A stretch of 64,000 bases of DNA, taken from a bacterium (lineage in GTDB: Bacteria; Patescibacteriota; Minisyncoccia; Phycocordibacterales; UBA9973). Both the position numbers and the translations under genes were made by a program. How positions within the stretch are numbered: position 1 is the first letter of the stretch; the number at the start of each line of letters is the position of its first letter. The notes under the pieces were generated by a model. It was not told the DNA's origin. It did not search any database and worked only from the letters and a program-made list of their open reading frames with translations. The stretch lies in assembly GCA_027484965.1 (NCBI GenBank), contig JAIXRY010000008.1, positions 1,069-65,068 on the forward strand, given 5' to 3'. Positions 27,877 through 38,102 of the stretch are shown one piece after another.

Positions 27877-28782
27877 ATGGAAGACAATTCTTCAAAAAAA
27901 GATATCGGACAAGATCCAACCTTGCACAATATATTAGTTGAGCAAGGAGGTATTCGCACATACCAAAAAGATCAAAGTGTTGCACTTTCTGGAGAGCAAG
28001 GCGCTCTTGTAAAAGAAACAATACAAAAAGAAAGAGACAAGGAAAAGTTAATAACGACCCAGACACTAAATGCTATAAAAAACAAAGTGTTCTTGATTTT
28101 GTCTCTTGTATTTTTTGTTGGAACAGTTGGTGTGTTTATATATACATACACAATATATAAAAAAGATAATGTAGTTGTTATTCAAACAATACAAAAACTA
28201 CCCCTTATTTCTTTTGAAAATGAATTACCTAGTGTTGCACTACCTACAACAAAAGAACTTTTAGCTTCTTATATAGGAGAAAATATTTCAAAATTAAAAA
28301 ATGAAGAAAACAGTACTCTTCGTTTTACTTTTGGAGAAAATAATACCATCAATACACAGACAGCAGAATTACTTTCACTATTTAATGAAAAACAAAAAAA
28401 CACTTGGGGAACACTCAATTTAGGGGATTTTGAAATTGGACTTATTTATAAAAATAACATGACTTCAAAATTTATACTCATAAAAACAGATGGGAGTGAT
28501 GATGTGTACAAAAAATTTAGCTCATGGGAAGAAACAATTTCGACAGACATAGCTCCTATTTTTTCTATAAGCGAAACAACATTAAACAATAAAAAATCAG
28601 TATGGAAAGACTCTTTATACGAAAATATTGATTTCAAAACTTATACCGATGAAAATGGAGAAGTTCTTCTTATTAAAGGGTTTTTAACCTCAAAAGTATT
28701 TGTGATTACAGATAATCCTGATTCAATTTTATATCTTTTGTCACTTATTAGACTTGAACACAGGCGAGACCTTGTACAATAA
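27877..28782 (+). CDS. Hypothetical single-pass membrane protein
   Basis: IRTYQKD N-terminal motif, one TM, extracellular domain. Confidence 0.75.
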   Translation: MEDNSSKKDIGQDPTLHNILVEQGGIRTYQKDQSVALSGEQGALVKETIQKERDKEKLITTQTLNAIKNKVFLILSLVFFVGTVGVFIYTYTIYKKDNVVVIQTIQKLPLISFENELPSVALPTTKELLASYIGENISKLKNEENSTLRFTFGENNTINTQTAELLSLFNEKQKNTWGTLNLGDFEIGLIYKNNMTSKFILIKTDGSDDVYKKFSSWEETISTDIAPIFSISETTLNNKKSVWKDSLYENIDFKTYTDENGEVLLIKGFLTSKVFVITDNPDSILYLLSLIRLEHRRDLVQ

Positions 28783-28809
28783 TTTAGAGTATGATATGGT
28801 TTGTTCATT

Positions 28810-29169
28810 ATGAAATTAGACTTAAAACATTTCAAAGAAAAGTTAGAGGAAGAGAAGTATCAGTTAGAACAACGTTTAAATGATATTGCTATTTTTAACA
28901 AAGCAACAGATACATGGGAATCAATTCCAGAATCTCAAGAAGGTCCAGAATCAGACCCAAATGACCTAGCTGACCGTCTTGAAGACTTTGAAGAGAGAAG
29001 TGTAATGGTAAGAACATTTTCTTCAAAATTAAAGGATGTTTTAGATGCTCTGGAGAAAATTGAAAGTGGTAAGTACGGTATTTGTGAAATCTCAGGAGAA
29101 GAAATAGAAGTAGCGCGCCTTGAAGCGAATCCTGCAGCAAGAACAAATAAAGAAAATAGAAATAACTAA
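28810..29169 (+). CDS. DksA/TraR-family protein
   Basis: Coiled coil with DPNDLAD tip; ALEKIESGKYGICE...RLEANPAA. Confidence 0.85.
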   Translation: MKLDLKHFKEKLEEEKYQLEQRLNDIAIFNKATDTWESIPESQEGPESDPNDLADRLEDFEERSVMVRTFSSKLKDVLDALEKIESGKYGICEISGEEIEVARLEANPAARTNKENRNN

Positions 29170-29218
29170 TATAAAAAACTCACACGTTGTTGTGAGTTTT
29201 TTATTATACAATTTAAAT

Positions 29219-30751
29219 ATGTCTTTTATTAAAATAAAAAGCGCTCAAAATAATTTCTTACATGCTTCACTTATAGATGTAGAGATTGATACGACAAGAG
29301 GATTAAATAGCTTTTCTATTGTTGGTCTACCTGATAAAGCGATTGAAGAATCCAAGGATAGAGTCTCTGGCGCAATAAAAAATTCTGGTTTTTCTTCTCC
29401 AAAAAATTCAAACATCAAAACAATTGTTTCACTTGTTCCTTCAGAAATTAAAAAGGAGGGAAATTATTTTGATGTTGCCATTGCCCTTGGATATTTACTT
29501 TCAACAGAACAAATAGAAATTATTACAGATAACAAGTTGTTTGTAGGAGCTTTATCTCTCAATGGAGATATAGAACCTGTGAGAGGAATTTTATCGATAG
29601 CACTTCTTGCAAAACGTCATGGATTAGAGCTTTTTATTTCAGAGAAGAACACAAAAGAAGCTTGTCTTGTGGAGGGGGTGAGTATATACGGAGTAAAAAA
29701 TCTAAAAGAACTTATGCAAGCGCTAGATGTAAAAAATGAAAGTAAAGTTATTTTAGAAAAATGCCCGCCCACAGAAATACTTTCAGACAATACAAACACC
29801 CAGACAGTGGATATGTCTGAAATCAGAGAACAACAAACAGCAAAACGAGCTCTCGAAATTGCAGCTGCAGGTGGACACAATATTGCACTTTTTGGACCAC
29901 CAGGAACAGGCAAAACAATGCTTGCGCGCGCATTTCAAGGAATACTTCCAGAACTAACAAAAGATATGATTCTTGAAGTAACTAGTATTTATTCAATGAG
30001 TGGAGCAATTGAACATGGTGAAATTATAAAAAATCCTCCATTTCGGTCACCACATCACACATCGAGTTATGTCTCTATTATTGGAGGAGGAGCGAGTCCA
30101 AAACCAGGAGAAGTAACCCTTGCACATCGTGGAGTGCTCTTCTTGGATGAATTTCCTGAATTTGAAAAGAAGGTTTTAGAATCACTCAGACAACCCATTG
30201 AAGACAGGATTGTAACAGTGTCGCGCGCGAAAGGTACAGTCTCGTTTCCTTCAAATTTTATACTCGTTGGAGCAATGAATCCTTGTCCTTGTGGATACAA
30301 AGGTTCGAAACAAAGAAAATGCACTTGCACTCAAAATGATATTGTAAGATATGAAAGAAAGCTTTCAGGACCGATTCTCGACCGTATTGATATGTGGATT
30401 TATGTAGGGGAAGTATCTTATGACACACTTGGGAAAATAGGATTTGAGGGAGAAAATAGCACAGCAATAAAAGAAAGAATTAATAATTCTAGAAAAGTAC
30501 AAAAAAATCGATTTAAGGATAGTAGAACAAATAGTGACATAAAAACAAAAGAATTGTATCGCGTCGCGCCATTATCTAAAGACGTAGTAGAAATATTAAA
30601 CAAAAGTGCCGAGCAATTGAAACTTTCTGCTCGCGCATATCATAGAGTCATCAAAATAGCTCGAACAATTGCCGATTTAGACGAAAAAGACGCCATTGAA
30701 ATTAATCACATCTTGGAAGCGTTACAGTATAGACCTAAAATAAGTTCTTAA
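29219..30751 (+). CDS. comM: ComM/YifB Mg-chelatase-like AAA+ helicase
   Basis: IVGLPD, GPPGTGKTML, PFRSPHH, LFLDE, MNPCPCG, SGPILDRID, LSARA; start reassigned to MSFIK. Confidence 0.93.
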   Translation: MSFIKIKSAQNNFLHASLIDVEIDTTRGLNSFSIVGLPDKAIEESKDRVSGAIKNSGFSSPKNSNIKTIVSLVPSEIKKEGNYFDVAIALGYLLSTEQIEIITDNKLFVGALSLNGDIEPVRGILSIALLAKRHGLELFISEKNTKEACLVEGVSIYGVKNLKELMQALDVKNESKVILEKCPPTEILSDNTNTQTVDMSEIREQQTAKRALEIAAAGGHNIALFGPPGTGKTMLARAFQGILPELTKDMILEVTSIYSMSGAIEHGEIIKNPPFRSPHHTSSYVSIIGGGASPKPGEVTLAHRGVLFLDEFPEFEKKVLESLRQPIEDRIVTVSRAKGTVSFPSNFILVGAMNPCPCGYKGSKQRKCTCTQNDIVRYERKLSGPILDRIDMWIYVGEVSYDTLGKIGFEGENSTAIKERINNSRKVQKNRFKDSRTNSDIKTKELYRVAPLSKDVVEILNKSAEQLKLSARAYHRVIKIARTIADLDEKDAIEINHILEALQYRPKISS

Positions 30752-30776
30752 GATAATCTATTTACAGATAAAAAAA

Positions 30777-30821
30777 TAAATACAAAAGGTGGAGCCCTTC
30801 GGGCTCCACCTTTTGTATTTA
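30777..30821. terminator. Long palindrome/bidirectional terminator (TTC triloop)
   Basis: taaatacaaaaggtggagccc-ttc-gggctccaccttttgtattta, 21-bp perfect stem. Confidence 0.85.
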
Positions 30822-30829
30822 AAATATTT

Positions 30830-31888
30830 TTAGAATGGATTCTTCGCTCCTCTAATTTCAAAGTGTATATGATTACCTGTAGATCTTCCAGTAGAACCAA
30901 CAGTTCCTATAACTTGACCTTGTTCTACATTCTCACCAACACTTACAAAGTTTTTTGTATTGTGCGCATAAAGAGTTTGTGTTCCGTTGTCGTGAGATAT
31001 AACGATATAGTTACCATAACCACCACCATAAGTCCCACTTGAACTAATAATAACCCTTCCAGAAGCCGAGGCACGAATAGATGTTCCTGCTGGAGCTGCG
31101 ATATCTATTCCATTAAATCCATGCAAACCTTGAGATTTTCTTCCTCCTACAATTGGACGAATGTAGTAACCAGAAGCTTCTTTTGCATTTGTTCCCCAAG
31201 TTTTCTCTTTTTTATTACGTTTTCCACTATTTGAAGGATTGTTTTTCTTAACAGGAACTTGGGCTACAATTTCTCCATCTGGGAGAATAAGAGTATCTCC
31301 AACAGCAAGTCTACTTTCTTCTGTAATACCATTGAAAAGACCAACGTCTCCAATATCAGCCTTGAATTTCTTGGTAATAGAAGCTAGAGTGTCACCCTTT
31401 TTGACAGTATAACGTATACCAGAGACTGGAAGTATCACCAAAGTATCGCCTTCTTTTAGACTTGTACCTGATTTTATATCATTTGCCCAAATAATAGTAT
31501 TAACTGAAACATCAAACAAATCAGCAACAGTCTTGAGAGTGTCACCCTTTTTAATAACGTACAGACTAATAGTATCTGATTCTGGGTAGTAGAAATCAAC
31601 ATCAGCCGTTGTTCCAAGCGGTCCTACTTCTGTTTTTAATGCATTACTCTCAACAGAAATATCAGATTCTGATCCGCCTGTTGACTGGAGTGCATTTGCT
31701 TGCAAAAGTGAGATATTTTGGGAATTTTCATCAGAAACTTCTTCTTTTTGAGCTCCAAACATATTAGAGAAAAAAGAACCAATACCAGCTTCTGCTTTTA
31801 TTGGGGTTCCAAAATAAAAAACCAAAATAAGCACAGAAATGCCTAAAAAGAGGTTTTTGTATGACAGATTCTTTGATTCAGAGGGCAA
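30830..31888 (-). CDS. LysM-LysM-M23 peptidoglycan endopeptidase
   Basis: Two YxxKKGDTL LysM repeats; GIDIAA, TLYAH, GSTGRSTGNHIHFE; start codon uncertain (TTG). Confidence 0.9.
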   Translation of the reverse strand: MPSESKNLSYKNLFLGISVLILVFYFGTPIKAEAGIGSFFSNMFGAQKEEVSDENSQNISLLQANALQSTGGSESDISVESNALKTEVGPLGTTADVDFYYPESDTISLYVIKKGDTLKTVADLFDVSVNTIIWANDIKSGTSLKEGDTLVILPVSGIRYTVKKGDTLASITKKFKADIGDVGLFNGITEESRLAVGDTLILPDGEIVAQVPVKKNNPSNSGKRNKKEKTWGTNAKEASGYYIRPIVGGRKSQGLHGFNGIDIAAPAGTSIRASASGRVIISSSGTYGGGYGNYIVISHDNGTQTLYAHNTKNFVSVGENVEQGQVIGTVGSTGRSTGNHIHFEIRGAKNPF

Positions 31889-32190
31889 TCTAGAAGAATC
31901 TTTTGTGTTTTGAGTATAAATAAAAACAAGTTTAATAGATACATATCACGACCTTATGCTTGATATATATCAGTTACAATCGTCTCGGAAAATTCAGAAT
32001 CCTTATAAAACAAGGTTATTTTCATATCAGAAGAAGCAGAAATGAGCTTTAGAAGCTCTTATATATAAGCATAGCAAGTAGAGAATTATGGTCAAGGGTA
32101 CAAAAAATCAAAACACATAGTTATTAATTAGACAAATACTGTGTAAATAGTATAATTTAAGCATTACTTTACATAACATAAATTTATATC

Positions 32191-35100
32191 ATGAGTGAAC
32201 CAAAACCAGGAAGTACTGAGTGGTACAATCTTCAAGCTAAAAAAATTAATGAGAGCGTCGGAGACTTTCCTCCACTTGAAAAAACCCCAGAATCTGAGGA
32301 CAAAGATCATGTAGCGGAAAAGAATGAAGAAAATTCTGAGGCCGTTATATCTGAAGTCGAAACATCAAAAACAGAAGAGAAAAAGAAAAAATGGTTGAAA
32401 GAGAAGCTCAGGGAGATATTCGACGCCAAGAAAGACAATCCAAAAAACAAATCAGAAACCATAGAAGAAGAGGGCGTGCGCAAAGCAAAAGAATATAGAG
32501 AAAAAATTGAGGAGAGAGTACAAAATAAGTACGGCAAATTCATGCACGTAAATGAAGATGGTACTCTACCCGAAGGCAATATTAGTCCCGAAATGTTCAA
32601 GGAATTATCTGATGGTCAAATTCTTCTTCTTGAACAGCGCCTAGATGGACAACGCGCATCATATGCAAAACAGATCGCCCGAGAGAAATATATTGATGAT
32701 GCTGAAGCGGCAAAGACCGCCGGATTGTGGAAAAAGATTAAAACTCAGGTCGGCAAGCATGGCATAATTGCTAAATATGAAGAGGAAGCACTTAAGGATA
32801 CTGAAAATGCAGTAGACGTCTCACTTACATTCGACACAATTAAAAATAAGGAGGTATTAGTGCGTGATGGTAAGCCAGAAATCAACTATAATGCAATCCT
32901 TGGCGTATCTTCTGATTATCCAGACTTCTTAAATACAGCGAACAAACTTGCAAATATGTCTTATGACGCAACTGTCGACACCTCTTCAAAAAGAGAGCAC
33001 GAAACTTTTAAGAGGTTAGAAAAAAAATTTGAGATGGAAAAACATGAGATGTTAGAAACTCTCAAAGAATACTACAGTGAAAACGAAGCGATGGAACGCA
33101 TGCGCCAAGTAGAAAATGAAATAGAAATGGATCGTGTTCTCGATGGTAATCAATTACTTGCACGCAAAATAAATAGCACTATACATTCATCAACATGGAT
33201 AAAAAGTATTGGTGGATGGGCTAGGGATAACAAAATGGGATATGCTGCTATGGGTGCCGGAGTCCGTGCGGGTCTTAAAGCTACTGCTGTGATGGGAGGA
33301 TTGACTGCAACAGGAGCGTCACTCCTCGCCGCTCCACTTATTGGTCTAGGTGTTGGTTATTTACGCGGTAAAGCAAAGGCTCAAGATACTCTTAGTGATG
33401 ACCTCAAATTGGTCCGCAATTCTGACAAAAAACAAAAAGGATTAGTTAATGATGGAGCTACCGATGGTCGTCGAGACCTATTTACCAGTGTAGACCAACA
33501 AAAAAGCCGCATGGAAAGTTTGATTGGAAAGATAAATAAAACTGGTAACTTTACCGAAAATCTCTCCTTGCGCAATCAACTCAAGAACCGCCTCGACTTC
33601 GCCCGAGAGAAATTAGAAAGCGGTCATATGTCTTTCGGTAAAGGTAAGGAGGCCTTCGCCAACAAATACGAATTTTATAAAATACTTGATGAAGCAGCAG
33701 TAACACTCGCGCTTAATGACGAGGAAGCACAGGAAAAGTTCAATGAGAATATTGAACGAATCTTCGGCTACGACACAGACAAGAATCCAGAAGAAAACAG
33801 CGCTGATGCGCGTTATCAAGTACGCGTAAATAATTTACAAAATACTACCAGTGAACACGAAAAAGTTATTTCATTAAGGGAAAAAGATTACGTTATCCGA
33901 CAAGCGAAACGTTCCGCAAAGACTGCAGCACTCTTTGGTCTTGGTGGTGCGGCAGTAACTTCAGCGGCAATTCATATTGCAGAAAATATTCCTGCTTTCG
34001 GCCACATGAAAGATTGGATAGCTGGTTTAGGAGGTAAAGCAGAAACAACAGAGACTACAAAAATTATTGATAAAGAATCAGTCGCAGGAGGTAGTACGGT
34101 TCCAAAAGGTTGGTCACAAGAAAAACCAGATTGGGCAAAAGAACCAGTTCGACCAGATTACAATCCAAAACTACGAAGTGATGAAGATGTTAGAAATGAA
34201 TTATTAGGATCTCTTGCTCTTGTACAAAAAGGTGATGGAGTAACAAACCCTCTCGCGCGCCAAATAGAAGAGATGTTGAAAAATCCAGAACAAGCAAAAA
34301 GTCTTGGATTTGATGGAAAAAATCCTCACAAATTTGCACTCAAGAAAGCAGCCGAACTTGCAAAAGAATATGGATACATCAAACCAGATGGAAGCGAGGT
34401 AAGACTTGGGGCAAATTCCATAGATCACGCTTCTTACGAAGTAAAGATGTTCGATGGAAAACTTGCAGTTAACGAAACTTTTGATGGTAAAGATATGACA
34501 GAAGGTAATATTGATAAAGAATATGAATATTCATACAAAAAAGAACCAAAAGTCTCCACACCTTCTGAAGAAGAAATAGTAAAAGTTCCTACAAACAAAT
34601 CTAATATAAAACCTGACTTCAAATTCCTCCAAGATAAAAATAATCCTGAATGGATTGAGGCAAACAAACCAACGATAGACGGGGAAACAAAACTCGCTCA
34701 AGACATAATTAAAGACAAGAATAATCATTTGGGGCAAGAATTACAGAAGTATCATGACTATGTGAAAGCCGAGACTGGTAAAGATATAGCAGTGAAGTCA
34801 GACGACACTCCAGAAACATACAAAAAGTCTCTTGATGAAGCACTCAAATCTTCTGGAAAAAAGATTCCCACAGAAACTATTGAGAATATAAAAACAAAAA
34901 ATCCAGACAAAATTACAAATATTGAAAAACCAATTATAAAATCAACTGAATTAATTAAACAAGAAGATATTGATTTGTACAAAGAACAATATGAAAATGG
35001 TTTTGGAGAAAAAATACATAAAGAACTATCATATTTTATTAGAGAAGGTGCAATTGATAACTTACGTACATTGAAAAATGTTAAACAAGAAAATATAGAC

Positions 35101-35508
35101 GATACGTACAATAATATAGTAGACAATATGTTTTCAGTTTATAAACCAATAGGAAGTGCCGTTAACAAAGAAGACATTCTTGAAGTAAGAAGTATGCAAA
35201 GTACTAGAATTGGTTTTGTTAAATATCTTAAACTTAAAAAAGAAATTAATCCTTTATATAAAATATTTAATGAAGAAAAAGCTATAAATATTCTTTCTAA
35301 TAAAAAATACAGTTATTTAGTACAAAATATTACCGATATTAGAAAGTATATCAGCTTAAGTGAAGGTGTCGACGATATCCCACCAAACAACAATGAAACT
35401 TGTTCACAATATGTAAAAAGACTAGTAGATCAACTCGCAACAAAAAGTGGAAAAGAGTTAGATGATTTAGAATTTATTAGAAAAAAGTTTGAAGAAGAAT
35501 TTAAATAA
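32191..35508 (+). CDS. Large hypothetical protein (helical, with hydrophobic Gly/Ala segments)
   Basis: 1105-aa ORF; no recognisable catalytic motif. Confidence 0.75.
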   Translation: MSEPKPGSTEWYNLQAKKINESVGDFPPLEKTPESEDKDHVAEKNEENSEAVISEVETSKTEEKKKKWLKEKLREIFDAKKDNPKNKSETIEEEGVRKAKEYREKIEERVQNKYGKFMHVNEDGTLPEGNISPEMFKELSDGQILLLEQRLDGQRASYAKQIAREKYIDDAEAAKTAGLWKKIKTQVGKHGIIAKYEEEALKDTENAVDVSLTFDTIKNKEVLVRDGKPEINYNAILGVSSDYPDFLNTANKLANMSYDATVDTSSKREHETFKRLEKKFEMEKHEMLETLKEYYSENEAMERMRQVENEIEMDRVLDGNQLLARKINSTIHSSTWIKSIGGWARDNKMGYAAMGAGVRAGLKATAVMGGLTATGASLLAAPLIGLGVGYLRGKAKAQDTLSDDLKLVRNSDKKQKGLVNDGATDGRRDLFTSVDQQKSRMESLIGKINKTGNFTENLSLRNQLKNRLDFAREKLESGHMSFGKGKEAFANKYEFYKILDEAAVTLALNDEEAQEKFNENIERIFGYDTDKNPEENSADARYQVRVNNLQNTTSEHEKVISLREKDYVIRQAKRSAKTAALFGLGGAAVTSAAIHIAENIPAFGHMKDWIAGLGGKAETTETTKIIDKESVAGGSTVPKGWSQEKPDWAKEPVRPDYNPKLRSDEDVRNELLGSLALVQKGDGVTNPLARQIEEMLKNPEQAKSLGFDGKNPHKFALKKAAELAKEYGYIKPDGSEVRLGANSIDHASYEVKMFDGKLAVNETFDGKDMTEGNIDKEYEYSYKKEPKVSTPSEEEIVKVPTNKSNIKPDFKFLQDKNNPEWIEANKPTIDGETKLAQDIIKDKNNHLGQELQKYHDYVKAETGKDIAVKSDDTPETYKKSLDEALKSSGKKIPTETIENIKTKNPDKITNIEKPIIKSTELIKQEDIDLYKEQYENGFGEKIHKELSYFIREGAIDNLRTLKNVKQENIDDTYNNIVDNMFSVYKPIGSAVNKEDILEVRSMQSTRIGFVKYLKLKKEINPLYKIFNEEKAINILSNKKYSYLVQNITDIRKYISLSEGVDDIPPNNNETCSQYVKRLVDQLATKSGKELDDLEFIRKKFEEEFK

Positions 35509-35512
35509 AATT

Positions 35513-35542
35513 AGCCCCGAAACGCATTTGCGTTTCGGGGCT
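35513..35542. terminator. Bidirectional terminator
   Basis: agccccgaaacgc-attt-gcgtttcggggct. Confidence 0.8.
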
Positions 35543-35560
35543 TGTTTTTGAAAACATTTT

Positions 35561-36064
35561 TTAGAACGTCTTTCCTTGAGAATAGGGAGTAACAGAAGAG
35601 TTTTCTACAGGTAAGTAATTAAGAATCCTCTCAACGTACCCGTTAGGGTACTCTCCATCTAAAGGTGGGAGTTTTGATCCCATAATTGCTTCAGCTCTTC
35701 GCTGAAGATCATTTAAAGCATTCACCATTTTTGATTCTGGTGGATACGGCATATCCGAATTACCTTGTAGCCAAGTGCCATTTCTGGCAAAATGACTATC
35801 GTTCCACTCCCATGTAACAAGAGATATGGATACGACTCCATTTTTAGAAGAGACTTTACCAAACCAGGCATTTACCCAAAGCTTATATGCGTTGGTTGGC
35901 AAATCCTCATCTGAAACACCCATTTGAGATTTGTAAGCTTCAATAAATTTTTGTTGAGGAACTCTTTGAACTTCAGCGGGTAAATAATTCTGATTTTGTG
36001 CGGAAACCCAGTTTCCACACAAGGCTACCAATAAAATGGCCACCAAAACGATTGTTTTTTTCAT
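35561..36064 (-). CDS. Hypothetical secreted protein (ORFan)
   Basis: Signal peptide MKKTIVL...VSA; promoter TTGACT-N17-TATAAT. Confidence 0.7.
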   Translation of the reverse strand: MKKTIVLVAILLVALCGNWVSAQNQNYLPAEVQRVPQQKFIEAYKSQMGVSDEDLPTNAYKLWVNAWFGKVSSKNGVVSISLVTWEWNDSHFARNGTWLQGNSDMPYPPESKMVNALNDLQRRAEAIMGSKLPPLDGEYPNGYVERILNYLPVENSSVTPYSQGKTF

Positions 36065-36164
36065 TGTACTGTATTTTTTATATTATATACTATATATATA
36101 AAAAAGTCAATAGTATTTTCTTTTCAACTTTGAAAAACAAGCCTTTATTGGTAATATTAGTTTC

Positions 36165-38084
36165 ATGTCTAATTACCTAGAAAGCCTCAATGAACGTCAA
36201 AAAACTGCTGTTTTACACACAGAAGGACCACTTCTCATACTTGCCGGAGCTGGAGCAGGTAAAACAAAGACTCTTACAGCCAGAATTGCTCATTTGATGG
36301 AAAAGGGTGTTCCAGGATACTCAATTCTTGCTATTACATTCACCAACAAAGCCGCAAAAGAAATGCGTAACCGAGCAACAAATCTTATTGAAAAAATTGG
36401 TGGAATGAACTCGATGCCAACAATCGCAACATTCCACTCACTAGGGGTTCGTATACTTCGCGAACAAACAGAAGCTGCTGGACTTAAAAAGGGTTTTGTT
36501 ATTGCTGACGAAAGTGATGCACTATCAATAATCAAACAAGCACTCGCAGATCTATCTATCGACCCAAAACAATACGAACCAAAGAAAATAAAAAATATTA
36601 TTTCTCGTGAAAAAGGCAAAGGTGTGTCTTGGCAAGAATACGAAAGAAAAGCTGAAATATTTTTTCATAAAACTATTGCGCGTATCTGGCAAAAATATGA
36701 AGAAGGATTAAAAAGAGAGAACACTGTAGACTTCGATGATCTTCTTTTGAAAGTGGTAAATCTTTTTGATAATAGAAAAGATATTTTGGAACACTATCAA
36801 GAAAAATTTAAATACATTCACATTGATGAGTACCAAGATACAAATGATATTCAATACAGAATTGCTACGGCTATAGCGGTGAAATATAAAAACATTTGTG
36901 CAGTAGGTGATACAGACCAGACTATTTATAGTTGGCGAGGTGCAAATATTTCAAATATTCTTTCTTTTGAAAAAGATTATAAAGATGCGACAGTTGTACT
37001 TCTCGAGCAAAATTATCGTTCAACAAAAACAATCCTCGCCGCAGCAAACGATATAATAAAAAAGAACACAGAACGCCATGACAAAACTCTCTTCACAGAA
37101 AAACCAGACGGAGAGCAAATAAGTATATTTGAAGGATATGATGAAAATACAGAAGCTGAATTCGTCTCTGATAAAGTCGTAGAGCTTCTAGATAATGGTG
37201 TTCATCCATCAAAAATAGCTATATTATATAGAGCCAATTTCCAATCTCGTGTTATTGAAGATGCGCTTATTCGCAAATCTCTTCCATATCAAGTCCTCGG
37301 TGTAAAGTTCTTTGATCGTAAAGAAGTAAAGGATGTGCTTTCATACCTTCGCGCAGCACACAACCCAGATTCACTTGCAGACATAAAGAGAACTATCAAT
37401 TTCCCAACACGCGGAATAGGTAAGACTACAATCTTAAAAATATTTGCAGGTGAGAGAGGAAGTCTGCCGGCAGGTACAGGAAAAAAAGTTGATGACTATT
37501 ACAAAATGCTCGAAGATATAAAAATATTTAGTGACGAACATCTTCCAAGTGAAACAATTTCTTATATTCTAAAAATTACAGGTATTGAGAAATTCTTAAA
37601 AGATGGGGGAAGTGAAGAATTAGAGAGACTTGGAAACGTTCTCGAGCTTGTGACTCTTGCAATGAAATACGATACTTACAACAAAGAAACAGCTATTGAA
37701 CAACTTCTCGAAGACGCAGCACTTATGAGTGATCAAGACACATTATCGACTGACGACCGCGGTGGTGTGAGACTTATGACAGTTCACGCTTCAAAAGGCT
37801 TGGAATTTCCTTATGTATTTGTTGTGGGACTTGAACATGGACTTTTTCCACTCGAACGCGATGGAGCAACAAGCGCCACTGAAAAGGAGGAGGAGAGGAG
37901 GCTAATGTATGTAGCAGTAACTCGTGCGGAAGAGAAACTTTTTCTTTCTTATACAACGATCCGTACAATATTTGGTTCTCGCCAAATAAATGTACCGTCA
38001 ACATTCCTTTTTGATATAAGAGAAGAACTCACCATGAGAGAGGAGTGGCACACAAACCTTGGGAGGACGATTTATCTTGATTAG
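36165..38084 (+). CDS. pcrA: UvrD/PcrA DNA helicase
   Basis: AGAGAGKT, AITFTNKAA, DEYQDTN, QNYRST, TVHASKGLEF, EEERRLMYVAVTRA. Confidence 0.95.
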   Translation: MSNYLESLNERQKTAVLHTEGPLLILAGAGAGKTKTLTARIAHLMEKGVPGYSILAITFTNKAAKEMRNRATNLIEKIGGMNSMPTIATFHSLGVRILREQTEAAGLKKGFVIADESDALSIIKQALADLSIDPKQYEPKKIKNIISREKGKGVSWQEYERKAEIFFHKTIARIWQKYEEGLKRENTVDFDDLLLKVVNLFDNRKDILEHYQEKFKYIHIDEYQDTNDIQYRIATAIAVKYKNICAVGDTDQTIYSWRGANISNILSFEKDYKDATVVLLEQNYRSTKTILAAANDIIKKNTERHDKTLFTEKPDGEQISIFEGYDENTEAEFVSDKVVELLDNGVHPSKIAILYRANFQSRVIEDALIRKSLPYQVLGVKFFDRKEVKDVLSYLRAAHNPDSLADIKRTINFPTRGIGKTTILKIFAGERGSLPAGTGKKVDDYYKMLEDIKIFSDEHLPSETISYILKITGIEKFLKDGGSEELERLGNVLELVTLAMKYDTYNKETAIEQLLEDAALMSDQDTLSTDDRGGVRLMTVHASKGLEFPYVFVVGLEHGLFPLERDGATSATEKEEERRLMYVAVTRAEEKLFLSYTTIRTIFGSRQINVPSTFLFDIREELTMREEWHTNLGRTIYLD

Positions 38085-38102
38085 TGTATAGTTAGATTAT
38101 AC

